From Chiloscyllium plagiosum (taxonomy: Eukaryota), in contig NC_057728.1 in NCBI RefSeq assembly GCF_004010195.1, positions 47,145,058 through 47,209,043 of the forward strand: a stretch of 63,986 nt of DNA, read 5' to 3'. This document shows, piece by piece, positions 23,295-37,267 of the stretch (within the stretch, counting starts at the first letter, position 1; each line of letters begins with the position of its first letter). Both the position numbers and the translations under genes were made by a program. Below the pieces are notes generated by a model that worked only from the letters and a program-made list of their open reading frames with translations, did not search any database and was not told where the DNA came from.

Positions 23295-25135
23295 CTGACA
23301 AGGCTGAAGCATTTGCTTCTGTCTTTAGCCAGAAGTGTCGAGTGAATAATTCATTTCGCCTCCTCCCAAGTTTCATCACAGAGAGCAGTCTTCAGCATTT
23401 TGATTCACTTTGTGTGAAGTCAAGAAAATGCTGAAGATTTGTGCTACAGAAACAACCAAACTCTTAGCAACACTGTTCCAGTATAGCTACAATAAGAAGA
23501 AATGGCCGAGGCACATCCTGTTCAATAAAAGCAGGATAAATCCAAACCAGCCAATTAGATGATTATTAGCAAGTAATGGAAGTTGTTTGTGCCACCAAAC
23601 AGCTTACACAGCAACTGCTCATTCATCAGCACTCACTTTGGCTTTGCTCAGGCAACTTGGCTTCAGACTTCATACAGCCTTTACCGAGATACAGGTAAAC
23701 ACAGACAAAAAGAGTTGAATTCAAGAAGGTAAGATTAGAGTGATAGTCATTGAGGATCCCTGGCAAACTTGGAACATACAGGTTGAGATGTGACCTCATA
23801 GAATTTCATAAAACAATGTGAGGTACAGATAGAGTTAACGGTAGTTGTCTTTTCCTTAGGATGAGGGATTTTAAGACAAGAGGAAACATTTTTAAGATGA
23901 GAGAAGAGAGATTTAAAAAAGATACAAGAGGCGAATTTTTGACACAAGGTGGTTTGCATGTGGAATGAGCTTCCTGAAGAAGTGGTGGATGTGGGCACAA
24001 TTACAAACTTTCAAAAACATTTGAATGGATACATGAATAGGAAAGGTTTGGAGGGATATGAGCCAAGAGCAGGCAGATGGGACCAGTTTAGTTTGGGATT
24101 ATGTTCGGCATGGACTGATTGGGCCACAGGGTCTGTTTCCGTGCTGTATACTCTACAGATTCAAGGGCAATTGGGAGAAAACTCTTCACTGATTGAAGTG
24201 ATCTTATAAAGAGGGCTATGGATGTTAAAAATCAATCATCTCAAACCAAAGACATCACTGCTGGAATTGTGCAGGATAGTTTTCTAGTTGCAGATATTCC
24301 AGTTGCTTCATTAAATGTCCTGCTCTCAATTGTAAGATTAAAAGTGGAGATATTCGTTGATGACTATACAATGTCAGCAATATTTGTGATTCCTCAGGCA
24401 TGAAAGCAAGTCTTTCTATCAACAACAGGATCTTGACAACATAAAGGCTCAAATTGACAAGTGACAGTGTACATCTGTGTCACAAAGTGTCCAAAATTCG
24501 CCATCAAGAAATATGTTTTGCCAAATTTCCTTGATATTTAATGACATTACAGTTGCTGGATTACCTACCAGTACAATTGACCAGAAACTGAACTGGACCA
24601 GCCATATTAGTGATATAACTGCAAAAGTAGGAGGTCAGACGCTGGAAACTATCCAGTGAGAAACCCCAAAGCTTGACCTCCATCTATAAAAGGTACAAAT
24701 CAAGACTGTAATGGAATACTCTTCACTTGCCTGGTTGAATGTTGGTCCAACACACAAAGTGCTTGGCACTATCCAGAACAGAGCAGCTCACCTGATCAAT
24801 ACCCCACCCCATTTCACATCCACATCCGCATTTTAATGACAAAACAATCTTTTTACAATACCTTCCAAATCTGTCACGTTTACCATTAGGACGGATAAAG
24901 ACAGGTGGATGGGAACATCACCACTTGGCTGTGTTGTGTGTTCCCTTCCAACTCATTCACCATCCTGACTTGGACCTTTCTCACCATTCCTTCACTGTCA
25001 TCCCATCAGGTATACCTACAAGATGGACTGCAGTGGTTTATCAATACCTCCTCAAAAGCAACTAAGGATGATGAACAACAAATACTGCCCTAGCCAGCAA
25101 ATGATCACATCTCATAATAAGGAATAAATAAAATT
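23295..25135 (+). mobile_element. Family B CR1-group LINE, decayed RT and 3' end, with a nested CR1 tail (about 23780-24157)
   Basis: DKAEAFASVFSQKCRV near 23300, IDQKLNW near 24580, VMEYSSLAW near 24710, and a 3' tail at 25020-25135. The nested piece encodes VCMWNELPEEVVD. Confidence 0.8.
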
Positions 25136-25243
25136 AACACTTTACTCCTATTATTTGAATACATTTTTTATTCATCCTTTCCTTCTTTAATGTCAAACAA
25201 AGATATAAATAAAAATAAAATCTACTTTGACTTTATGGAGAAA

Positions 25244-26290
25244 CATTTCACCACTCTCTGGTTGAAGATGTTTTTCCTTATCTCTGTTCTGCAGGATCTT
25301 CCCTTTATTCTAAGGCTGTGCCCTCGAATCCTAGTCTCTCCTGCCAATGGAAACATCTTCCCAACGTCCACTCTGTCCAGGCCATTCAATATTCTGTATG
25401 TTTCAATTAGGTACACCCCCCATCCTTCTAAACTCCATCGAGTATAGACCCAGAGTTCTCAAACACTCCTCTTACGTTAAGCCTTTCATGCCTGAGATCA
25501 TTCTCATGAATCTCCTCTCAACCCTCTCCAGGGCCAGTACATCTTTCACAAGGTATGGGGCCCAAAATTGCTCACAATACTCTAAATGTGGTCTGACCAG
25601 GGCTTTATAAAGCCTCAAAAGTACATCCCTGCTTTTATGTTCTAGTCCTCTCGAAATAAATGCCAACATTTCATTTGCCTTCCTAACAATGGACTCAACC
25701 TGCAAGTATATCTGAAGAGAATCCTGGACTAGGACTCCTAAGTCCCTTTGCACTTCTGATTTCTGAACTTTCTCCCCATTTAGAAAATAGTCTATGCCTC
25801 TATTCTCCCTACCAAAGCTCGTGACCTCGCACTTTCCCATGTTGTATTCCATCTGCCACATTTTTGCCCACACTTCTAACCTGTCTAAATCCTTCTACAG
25901 CCTCCCTGCCTCCTCAATACTACCTGCTCCTCCACCTACTTTTGTATCATCAGCAAACGTGGCCAGCATGCTCTCAGTTCCTTCATCCAGATCATTAATG
26001 TATAAAGTAAAATGTTGTGCTCCCAACACTGACCCTTGTGGAACACCACTAGTCACCAGTTGCCATCCTAAGAAAGAACCATTTAGCCCCACTCTCTGCT
26101 TTCTGCCACACAGCCAACTTTCTATCCATGCTGGTACCTTGCCCCTAACACGATGGGCCTTTACTGTACTTAGCAGCCTCATGTGTGGCACCTTGCCAAA
26201 GGCCTTCTGGAGGTCCAGTAGGTAATATCCTTTGGCTCTCCTTGGCCTAACCTGCTCATTACCTCTTCAAAGAAATCTAACAGATTCCCA
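25244..26290 (-). mobile_element. CR1 LINE RT fragment
   Basis: Minus ORFs 25895-26191 ([19 protein letters not shown]), 25472-25873 (LYKALVRPHLEYCEQFWAP) and 25222-25416. Confidence 0.95.
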
Positions 26291-26569
26291 ACAACATTGC
26301 AGATGTATATACAAGATGGACTGCAGTGGTTCACTAATACTTCCTCGAAAGAAACTAGATGAGTAACAATTGCTGCCCTAGCCAGCAATGCTCACATCTC
26401 ATAATAAGGAAAAAATAGAATTCATATCTCACCCTCTCCTGTTTGAATATATTTTTGGTTATCTTTTCCTTCCCTAATCTCAAGCAAAGACACAAATAAA
26501 AATAAATTCTATTTTGACTTTATGGAGAAATCGAACTTGGTCCTTTCTCCCTTTCCCAGAAACATAGAA

Positions 26570-27045
26570 GGAAAGGGACCGAAGGGGCAATGTTTTCACG
26601 CACAGGTTGGTGCGTGTGTGGAATGAGCTGCCAGAGGAAGTGGTGGAGGCTGGTACAATGACAACATTTAAAAGGCATCTGGATGGGTATATGAATAGGA
26701 AGGGTTTACAGGGATATGGGCCAGGTGCTGGCAAATGGGACGAGATTGGATCCCATCGATCACCTTCTGAGAAAAAGAACAGGAAATGATGTCACCACAG
26801 GAACTGATGTCACCAACCCAAGAAACCTAAACACATAAATAGAAAGCAGGCCATAACACCAGTACTTCACCTGAGGTTCACTGGTGATGTTACTTAGTAT
26901 GGTGACGAAATGTCTGAAAATGAAACTTCCAGCTCAGCGAGCAAACTTACATCCGGGACTAGATTAAGCTAGGATATCTGGTCGGCATGGATGAGTCAGA
27001 CCAAAGGATCAGTTTCTGTGCTATACATCTCTATGGCTCTATAAC
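26570..27045 (+). mobile_element. CR1 3' end with a nested Penelope terminus (26748-26954)
   Basis: ORF 26607-26789 VWNELPEEVVEAG. The insert matches 41711-41843 and is bounded by GGGACGAGATT (26737-26747) / GGGACTAGATT (26955-26965). Confidence 0.88.
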
Positions 27046-28039
27046 CTCCAGCAGAGACAGAAACTATTCAGTCCATCCTGTTTTCTTTCCTCTCAATAAA
27101 GTAAATAGCATCCCTTCCCATCTCTTTTCTCGGGAACCTCATCAGAATTGCCATCTGTTATACAAATATAATGCAAATATCATATGCAAAAGATAAAATT
27201 AGATACAATTTGAAATGATATCAGCTAGTTAGTTAATTAAAATGCCAAGTATTAACATGATGCAAAATATCTAATATACAAGCAAAAATTAATTTACCAA
27301 TAATAAAGACAAATTTCTGATATAACACAATGGCGTATCATTATCATCTGTTACACTTGCAATGAAATACATTTAAGACATTCAGTAGCACCAGAATATA
27401 TATATATATACATAGTGCATGGGAAAGTGAATAGGTGCATGTGTACATGTGCATGGTCTCCTTCGAAATGCATTTTCCACAATGTAAATTATCAACATGC
27501 CTTGGTGCCAGGATGTGGACTAAATGGAGGATTTATTCCAATCCCAAGATTGCTTTGGTAGTCCAATCTATTTCCTGTGGCATTGCACACAGGGGTCAAT
27601 ACCAAGTGTCATCTTCAAGTGAGCCACAATTGGTGATTGCCATACAGAATCTTCAAGCTCTTTCCTCCACTTGGACTGGATTCACAACAGACTCAGCTGT
27701 CACCAGCTAAAAACTGGAGACTCCACTTTGAAGAAGAAATTTATGCAGAACATCTATGACAAGTAAGAGACCATAGCTATCCTCCTAAATAATTGAGATC
27801 TGATAAAAAGAGGACCAGATCTTGGAGATATTAGGGAGATAATCTGCCCGAGCTATGGGAGATGACAAGGTCAGTGGGACAGTGAAGTCTGCAGGTCAGC
27901 GACAGCAACCATCCACAACAATCTGCATCTACCCTGTCTGCTTAATATAAATTGGCTATACTCACACGTTTTGTAATAAATTTGGTTTCACAAACTTTAA
28001 GAATTATGAAGGTTTCTGTTCTTCTGCACTCTATATAGT

Positions 28040-28385
28040 GGGGTGGACTGGTGACTCAATGGTTAGCACTGCTACCTCTCAGTGCCAGGGACCCAGGTTC
28101 TATTCCACCTTTGGCCAACTGTCTGTGTGGAGTTTGCACGTTCTCCTTGTATCTGCCTGGGCTTTCTCTACGTGCTCCGGTTTCTGCCCACAGTCCAAAG
28201 ATATGCAGATTAAGTGGATCAGCCATACTAAATTGCCCATAGTGACCAGAGAAGTGAAGGCCATGGGGAAATTCAGGGTTACAGGAGAGGGAAATAGGAT
28301 GTGTGTGGGTGGGATGCTCTTCAGAGGGTCGGTGTGGACTCAATGCGCCAATTGGCCTGTTTCCACACTGTAGAGATTCTATATC
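28040..28385 (+). mobile_element. HE1-type V-SINE (older copy)
   Basis: Head tggttagcactgct..ccaggttctattcc, V-domain and tail ggcctgtttccacactgta. Confidence 0.9.
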
Positions 28386-29837
28386 CACATGTAAAAAGAA
28401 TAAATTTAAAAGGCTATGGGGAAGAATACAAGGGAGTGGCATTACTTAGATGGTTCTTTCAAAATGCTGATCCAGCTACAATGTGCTGAATGGCTTCTTT
28501 CACCTTATGTGATTATTTGATGACTGGTACAAAAATATTTTTCAATATTGAAGGGATTAATGAAAAATAGAATCAGCTTCAGAAAACACGCTACAGTAGC
28601 ATCACATCACAAGTATCATAGTGTATTGCAAGATGCAAGAATAAATCAAAACAGATACTCATATTAAATGGAATAAATTTTAAAATGCACTGCAACCGAA
28701 TACAATAAAATATTGAATAAATGGCAAGAAAACAAAGTCTAAGCAAGTTGCTTAAAATACTGTCAATTGCCACAGTTTCACCTTCCTGAAAATCCTTTAT
28801 GTGCTTCAATAATAAGTAACATAGTGCTTATACTACAATTTTATACCCCTAAAACTTACTTAGTAATTTACTTCATTTATGTTTCATTGATTTTTTTTGT
28901 CACTAATCTAAATCCTAGAGCTCCCAATCTGACAGAGTGTCTTCAGAACAGACTGCAGTAGTTCAGGAAGAAAGCTCACCACTGCTCTCTCTGAACACTT
29001 CAGGACAGGCAAGAAATGCGAAGTCTGCCATTAATGCTCAAATTGAGATTGATTAACAAAAATAAAAGACAATACTTTCTCGGCTAAAGTGAATTGTGAG
29101 CTCTGTTGGACAGAATGAAGGACGGGGTGGTCACCTAATAGAGTTAGGGAATCACTTTTACAACACTTGTTTCAAATGTATGAGTATGTTTGGAGCAGCT
29201 GGTGATAAATTATTCATTAGACTTGCTTCACTAAACATCATTACCTACACTGAACACTTACATTCATTAAAAGGTTGTATTCTTCGACATGCCTGTATCT
29301 GCTACAATGCCACCTGAAGGTTATAATAAAGAATGAGAAAGTAAACAGTGTGCTTTGCTGTCCAACCTATATTTCCACCCATTCACACATCCATCTCTTC
29401 AAAAGATCTCCCTGTATTAGAGGATGGAAAATGTTTTATTTCATGTGTTTAATGATGGCAAAAAAGTAAAAACAAAAGCCACTTAAGGTAGAGGACACAT
29501 GAACATAGCAAACCAACTATGTTTGGAGAACTGCAGGTGCACATTCTCATTTTCATAAAAACACAAACTATCATTTGAAGTGAAAGTTTTCCAATATTAA
29601 TGATCAAAGGACATTTTTCATGAACAAAGAAAAACTCTACTAATTCTGGTCAGTCCTTCTTTCATCATTCTCTGTACATGTATAGCATACCTAATTTTTG
29701 AATCAGGCAGGTCTTCCACTGGCATCCGCACACATTGGCAGTGGCTGTGCATTTGGTACCTGCACCTTCCTAGGGTGATGTTCCTTCTGAGCAATGTCAT
29801 TCCCATGGCAAGTGCTGTTTCTGAACAACTATTGTTG

Positions 29838-30063
29838 AGAGTGTGGTGCTGGAAGAGCACAGCAGGTCAGGCAGCATCCAAGAAACAGGAGAATTGACAT
29901 TTCAAGACAAAAGCCCATCATCAGGAATGAGGCTCATTCCTGATGAAGGGCTTTTGCCCAAAACATCGATTCTCATGCTCCTCAGATGCTAACTGACCTG
30001 CTGTGCTTTTCCAGAACAACACTCCCAACTCAAATCTCCAGCAGCTGCAGTCCTCACTTTTGC
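29838..30063. mobile_element. Penelope-terminus-derived fold-back element
   Basis: Central palindrome CATCAGGAATGAG-G-CTCATTCCTGATG with arms of about 90 bp. 17-bp TSD CTGAACA(A/G)CTATTGTTG (29821-29837 / 30064-30080). Confidence 0.9.
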
Positions 30064-30979
30064 CTGAACAGCTATTGTTGCTGATCCATTCCCATTGTTG
30101 CAAAACAACAGACCTCTGGGACTGATGGTCATTCTGTAATCTTTATAGATGGGACGATCATATCTTTGTAACTGCAAACAAAGAGACATTGCTCCTTCAT
30201 TAGAGACAACTAATGATACATTTGTTATCAATATTCGTGGTACAAGTGAGGGGACAACTGCTCTATACGGGTTTCAAATTACCATGTTACTTGACCCTTA
30301 TTGAAAGCATTGAATACTTGCACTCTCTCTGACTCTCCAATGCTCAGCTGAGCAGTTTTATCAAAATGGAATTTAGTTTTCTGTTAATTGACTTTGTCTT
30401 ATTCATTCACTTCTTTTACTACTTCCAGGTTTAATACCTCCATCCCACCACCAGAATTCCCGCTTTTTGATTGGAAGTGTACAATATGACATTAATCTTT
30501 GACTGTAGTACTTCCCAAAATGACAGTAATTGTATTTATCTATACTAGGATTGCCTTACACAAGTCTATGTGGAATTTGTTTGATCCCTTTGGCAATTGC
30601 TATGATCCTACCTAATGGTAATACTGGATGAAGCCAGATACTCAAATGAAACTTGGCTTGGAAGGTCATATCTTTACTTCCTGCAGTTGGATAATGTAAA
30701 TGGTTAGTCACAGAAACATATTTACATGAAGCTGTAAATGTCCTCAAAAACAGGACAAAGGTTTATTATACTAAAGAAAAATCAAAGCTGGGAGCACAGT
30801 TGTTAGCCAGGATATCACATTGTGGCAGTTCAAGAGACATCCTCCAACCTCTACCCTTTATTTGCTGTTTCATATTCACTTCTCAATCCATTCTGCAACC
30901 AGTCCTCTGACATCATCCAAACTTAGAGCTTGGTTAGAAATTTCATATGTGGCACCTTATCAAAAGTCTTCATTATCTG

Positions 30980-32004
30980 GATGTAAGTTTGCTTACTGAG
31001 CTGAAAGGTTCATTTTTAGATGTTTTGTCACCATATTAGGTAACATCATCAGTCCTGCTCCTCAGATACTGCCTGACCAGCTGTGCTTTTCCAGCACCAC
31101 TCTAATCTTGACTCTGGTTTTCAGCATCTGCAGTCCTTGTTTTTACCTAACATCATCAGTGAGCCTCCAGATGAAGCACTGGTGGTGTGGCCCGCTTTTT
31201 ATTTATGTGTTTATATTTCTTTGGGTTGGTGACACCATTTCCTGTGGTGATGTCAGTTCCTATTGTGATGTTGTTTCCTGTTCTTTTTCTCAGGTGTGAT
31301 AAATGGGATCCAAGTCAATGTGTTTGTTGATACAGTTCCAGTTGGAATGCCATGCTTTTAGGAATTCTCGCATGTGTCTCTGTTTGGCTTTCTAAACTGC
31401 TGTGCTTTTCCAGCACCACTCTAATCTAAACTCTGGTTTCCAGCATCTGCAGTCATTGTTTTTACCTCTCTGTTTGGCTTGTCCTAGTATGGATGTGTTG
31501 TCCCAGTCAAAGTAGTGTCCTTCCTCATCTGTATGTAAACATACTAGTGAGAGTGGGTCATGTCTTTTTGTGGCTAGTTGATGCTTGTCCTAGGATGGAT
31601 GTGTTGTCCCAGTCAAAGTAGTGTCCTTCCTCATCTGTATGTAAACATACTAGTGATTTTGTGGCTAGTTGATGTTCATGTATCCTGATGGCTAGTTTTC
31701 TGTCTTTGTCCAATCTATGTTACAGTTCTTGCAAGGTATTTTGTAAATGACATCAGTTTTGCTTGTTGTCCGTATAGGGGTCTTTCAAGTTCATTAGCTG
31801 TGTTTTAGTGTGTGTTGGTTTGTGGGCTACCATGATGCCAAGAGGTCTGAGTAGTCTGATAGCCATTTCTGAGATGCCTTTGATGTAGGGGAGCGTGGCT
31901 AGGGTTTCTGGACATGTTTGTCTGCTTGAAAATGAATCTTCCAGCTCAATAAGCAAACCTACATCCAGAACCTCAACCTGAGCTACAAATCTTCTCAAAC
32001 TTGA
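30980..32004 (-). mobile_element. Penelope-like element (GIY-YIG region) with inverted terminal piece and two nested mini-inserts
   Basis: Minus ORF 31753-31998 ATLPYIKGISEMAIRLLRPLGIMVAHKP. Homologous to 41005-41400, with terminal repeats in opposite orientation. Flanks CTTCATTATCTG (30968-30979) / CTTCCTTATCTG (32005-32016). Confidence 0.88.
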
Positions 32005-32624
32005 CTTCCTTATCTGTTCTGGCAGTTTTTTTTTAAATTCAGATATAACACGAACCTTCTATAAGAAAGCCATTTCTTATTTGGATTCTGTCTCTTCATA
32101 ATTTTTCAATATCATCATTTAAAACAGAGTTGAGTGTGTTTCTGACCATTGCTATTAAGCCACTTATCCTAAACCACTGAAGACATTTCTGAAGTAAGCT
32201 ATTATGTGGAAAGCCAGCCTCAGTGCATATCATCCTCATCATTTTTCAACAATTAAAGATCTCAAAAATAGAACTAAGCTCTGGAATGTGATTGTAATGT
32301 AACCATAACAACTTACAACAGGAATTTAATAAGGAGTCTCAAAATCCAACTGATAAAACAGCTGTCTAGAATTTGTATTCACATCCATTCTTAAATAGTT
32401 TTATTAAGCTGAAGCTATTGTAGCATAGCAAAGATTATAAGAAGCACATTTTGTTCCAATATAAAGAATAACAAATTATCTTACCAACCCAGAAATAAAT
32501 TCACATCATGTGTGCTTAAGAAGTGGCCTCTCTGGACTCAACATTTGCTTCCAAGATTATGTTTTAACAGGTTTAAAATATTTAATGGAAATGTAAGTCT
32601 CAACAAATGGAATATATAGAAATA

Positions 32625-32725
32625 AAAGAAATTGCTGTAAAATCGCAGCAGTTCAGGCAGCATCCATGGAGAGACAGCAAGCTAATGGTTCAAGTCTAGT
32701 TGATTCTTCATCAGAGCTGACGTGA
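32625..32725. mobile_element. Decayed Penelope-terminus fragment
   Basis: gcagcagttcaggcagcatccatggagaga..ttcttcatcagagctg; the minus strand has a CTGATGAAGA core. Confidence 0.6.
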
Positions 32726-34602
32726 ATATAACATTGAGGAGATTGATGGTCAACTGAAAAAGTCTTTGAATTCTGATAGAGACTAAAAACTGCAACCAAA
32801 GAGGGTAAGATGGCTTATGAGTAGCTGAGAGATTAAGATGGGCAAAGCCACAGATTTAATTCCTCGGTCACTGCCAGATCAGGAATTAACTGAGATTGGT
32901 CTGGCATTGTTAGTGTTTATAAGAAATTAGTGCACAGTAGTCTTATAAATGCTTAATAAATGTATTGGATATTATAGAAATCTTCTCATGAAGGTTCCCT
33001 TTGCATCCTCCTGGATGAAAGTCACTACACAGGCCTGTTGTCAGAGCAAGGACATGTTGTCAGCACAAGCATCCTGATCAGGCTAGTTCTCATTATCCAT
33101 CAGTAAACCAGCCTTCCAAGAGTAAGGTTAAAGACAAGCTGACTAGAGGGAAGAAATATCACCTTGGAGAGGAAACAGCTTTTTCGCAGTGATACTGACC
33201 AGATGAGGGAAGATTAGAATCAAGAGCTTCCTCCAGCCCAGTTATTTCAAGAAGAAAGAAGAATGAATAATACTCAGAGTGAACATGGAAATTTTAATGG
33301 CATGCAGCTTCTATCAGGCTCAGGAAATGATGAGTCAGTGAGTGTCCAGGAGGCTGAGTTTGGCAGAACTGCCACTTCAAAAGATAAGATGGCACAGCAG
33401 ACAAGAGGCTGCCGCCCCAGTTATAAAGATTAGCTGGGAAATAGTTCTGAGCTGTCGCAGGTTAAATGTCTTTCTTTTCTACTTAGCTATTAGGTCATAT
33501 TTAAACTAATACTTCTTAATAAACCATTTTAGAGTCACATAGCTTTTATCCCCTTACTGCATGAACTTAAATCTTACAGGTACCACCACTTCTATTACAA
33601 ACATAAAAGTTATTGGTGGGCAAAATAAAAGACTACATGGTTATTTGATTTCACCCATCACCATGACGACCAGAGCATTCTACCTAAACACTCCCTCCCT
33701 CCCTATGTCTTCCTCCTCAAACATTCGAATGTCTAAAGCGAACCATAGACAGACTTCATTAGCAAAACTGGGGCCAGGAGAATTACATCCAAATAAACAA
33801 TGCCTTGAAATGAGGAAGTGAGAAGAGAAAATTAAATAGGGTAATAAATTGGAAAGCTCCCTAAAAGATAGGACAATTTTTTTATAGCTCTCACAATCAG
33901 CAACTGAGCTTTACTCTATGCACAAGCATTAAGATGTAATGAGCATTTGCACTCTAATCATAGCTTAATGATTCTTACCAAAGTCAGAGAGTCTGACTTG
34001 AAGGCCTAAATGTTTGGGCAGACATGGTGAAAATGGTGCTGGATGCCTCAGTGTGCAATATCACCCCCAAATCCAGCCTTTGTCTTTGTCACTGAAGGGT
34101 TCAAGAACCAGGGTGTTTTCTAATTCTTACATCCACAGTTGATGGATGCAACTGTACATATGAAATTGTAGCTGTCTTTATACTGATCCAATTCTTGTTA
34201 GTCTATTGTCTTATATGCAGCTTCTGGCAGGAGAAAGTACAAACCTTCCAATGTTCTTTGGAGAAAATGGGTACCCTTTTAGATACAGGCTTAGAACACC
34301 TTTGGAATAGGTCAATTGCCTCTTGGTTTGTTAAAATTAGACATGAATGTGAGAAGGATGGACAAAAGCTAATTGGATCTATAAAAGTGGGCTATCCAAA
34401 GTCAAGGCACTTAAATGTTCTAGTCTTTAAAGATTTACAAGACTGTCAGCAGTTTAATAAAAACAAAATCAGTGATTATATCAGCACTATTTTGCTCTGT
34501 CTGTTGACACAAGCCTGAGAAGTATCACTCAAGGATTAGTTCAGCCTGACTGATTTCACACCTTACCATTATCAGTGCAGGGTACCTGTCAGTTCAGCAT
34601 CT

Positions 34603-35375
34603 TTATTTTTCTATTCATTTGTGGGATGTGGGTTTCGCTGGCTGGCCAGTTTTTATTGCTTGTCCCTCGTTGCCCTTGAGAAGGTGCCTTCTTGAACCAC
34701 TGCAGTCAACCTGTAGTGTGTTGACCCACAATTACATTAGGAAGGGATTTTGATCCAACGACATCAAAGGAATGGTGGTATATTTCCAAGTCAGGATGGT
34801 GAGTGGCTTGGAGGGGAAATTGCAGGTGGTAGTGTTCCCTTGTATCTGTTGCCTTGGTCCTTTTAGATGGTGTTAAGCTTCTGGAGTGTTATTGGAGCTT
34901 CACCATCCAGGCAAGTTGGAGCATTCCATTACACTCCTGACTTGTGCTTTGTTGATGTTGGACAGACTTTGGGGAGTTTAGACATGAGTTAGTTGCTGCA
35001 GTATTCCTACCCTCTGACCAGCTCTTGTACCCATTGTGTTCATGCTGTGAGTCCAGTTGAATTTCTGGTCAATGGTAACTGCCAGGATATTGATAGTGGG
35101 AGATTCACTAATTGTTACACCATTGAATGTCAAGAGGCAGTAGTTAGATTGTCTCTTATAGGTGATGGTCTTGGCCTGGCAATTGTGTGGCATGAATTTT
35201 ACTTGCTACTTGTCAGTCCATGCCTGGTTATCAGTACATATACTGTTTCAGTATCTGAGTCGTGACTGGTGCTGAACATGGTGTAATCATCAGCACCATT
35301 TCTGACTTTATGATTGAGGGAAGGTCATTGATGAAGCAGCTGAAAATGGTTGGGCCATGGACACTACCCTGAAAA
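34603..35375 (-). mobile_element. Family B LINE 3' portion
   Basis: Reverse complement of the family B tail at 34605-34710. Minus ORF 34978-35193 ESPTINILAVTIDQKFNW..RAGQRVGIL. Confidence 0.85.
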
Positions 35376-35545
35376 ACTTAGCTTTAACTTTATTAACATC
35401 TTCAGGTAGTTTTGAATTTGGCTATAAATACAAATGCTCATTATATAAGAAATTAAAGGAAGTTAAATGTATTGATAGATTGGCTGAAGATTGGCATCTG
35501 TGATGGCAAGGACATTGGACAAAGCTGAAAGGAATGGTTCTCTTG

Positions 35546-35835
35546 GCACGTGGCTCGGTGATTAGCACTGTTGCCTCACAGCACCAGGTACCAGGGTTCC
35601 ATCCCAGCCTCAGGCGACAGTCTGTTGGGAGTTTGAACATTCTCTTCGTGCCTGCATGTGTGTTTGCTCTGGTTTCCTCCCACAATCCAAAGATGTGCAG
35701 GTTAGTAGATTAGGCATGGGAAGTGCAGGGTTGCTGGGATAGATAGGGAGTTGAGTCTGAGTGGGATGCTTTTCAGAGGGCAGTGTGAACTCTTTGGGCC
35801 AAATAACCTGTTTCCACACTGTTGGGATTCTATGA
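35546..35835 (+). mobile_element. HE1-type V-SINE (older copy)
   Basis: Head, V-domain and tail recognisable, with internal deletions. Confidence 0.88.
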
Positions 35836-37267
35836 CCAAGAAATTTAATTATTTTCTTTTGCCATCATGCTAGGTTCCATCAAAGATATTGTTGATTATG
35901 GAAACCCCTTCTCTGTTAGGCACTTAGTTGTCCATTAATATTCCTGCATCCATGTGGCAAGATAGAGAGCTTTGACCTACTCTGGCAACTGTGGGATCTT
36001 CAACAGTTGTGGCAGTAGAGAGATACTACCAGTGTCAAACAGATCACATCAAAATCTCATTACCTTAACAGACTATTCAAAACTATTAATATCCATACTG
36101 AAAACCACGAAAGCTGGGGATATAGCCATACCTACAGTACACCAGATCCACAACATTGCTGGAACCTATTGAAAATAAACCCCCCAAAACAAAATTTGTT
36201 TGAAGACGAAGTTTAAAAACATTTCATTCAGTGTTTTTTTTTGTAAAGAATGTGTCAACTGAATAGACTTGTGACCTTTAGCCATTTGGACATGTTCTGT
36301 CAGTGTAAGAATGCATCAGCGATTTGTTGAACTAGATAGTATTCATGATTTCAGAAACAGGTTTTCATTGTAACAATGGAAACGGCAAAGAAAAGAATGT
36401 AATTAAGTTAATATATAATGCTGCCACTGATTGTGGTGATATTAATACTGGACAGTAAAGGCTAAAATTAGTTTCTCATCCCACACAGATGACTAATATC
36501 TCGCACAGTGATCCTCTTCCATTGTTTCATTCTGTCCCCTAGTGCCTTTCAAATACTCAAAGTAATTAAAACGTGATTTAATCACCAGTTTGATCATTTG
36601 AAACAGAGCTCAGATATTATAGTCGAACTGTTAACATAATTCCTGGGAGTTTGCAGATTTGAGCTCAACAATATTTTCTGTGACAGATTAAAGAAAGAAC
36701 AACCTGCACATGGACAGAGTTTACTAAGAGGAAGCCAATTCTGGGATGTCAGCAGGAGAGTAGGAAAGTTGAGGAATACTGAAAACATTGGGGAAGGGGA
36801 ATAGTGGGGGCAGAGTAGCTAGATAGAGAATTGAAAGGAGACATGACAAAAGAAGAGAGTTGACTTGGAGAGGCAGCAAGAAAGGAAGTTTATAAAAGGC
36901 AAAGGTGGGAATAGAGTGACAGCAGCAACTTAAAACATAGATGTGAATTCATTCAGAAAGCTGAAGTTACAGACAGCTGGCTACATAGAAATGTAGCCTG
37001 GAACTAACCGTGAGCATGAAATATAAACTAGTTGGGAAATAACAGGAACGATTTCAGAACAAAATAAGAGGTCCCATGATAGCATAAATGAAAACATAGA
37101 TAATGTTAATATCTTTATAAAACTCTCATAATTATATAAACCACAACAAAACAAACTCATGAGAAGTCTATTGAATAGAAAACTGTGACATCTGTCCACT
37201 CGCATTCTAAAATATTTTATCAAAGGAAGTCCCAATGGTGATCTGAGTAGAATTAAGCAATAATATG

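Noticed and set aside
27648..27762. Plus-strand exon-like segment (catacag..gtaaga)
   Set aside because: Poor polypyrimidine tract, unrecognised peptide and no partner exons.
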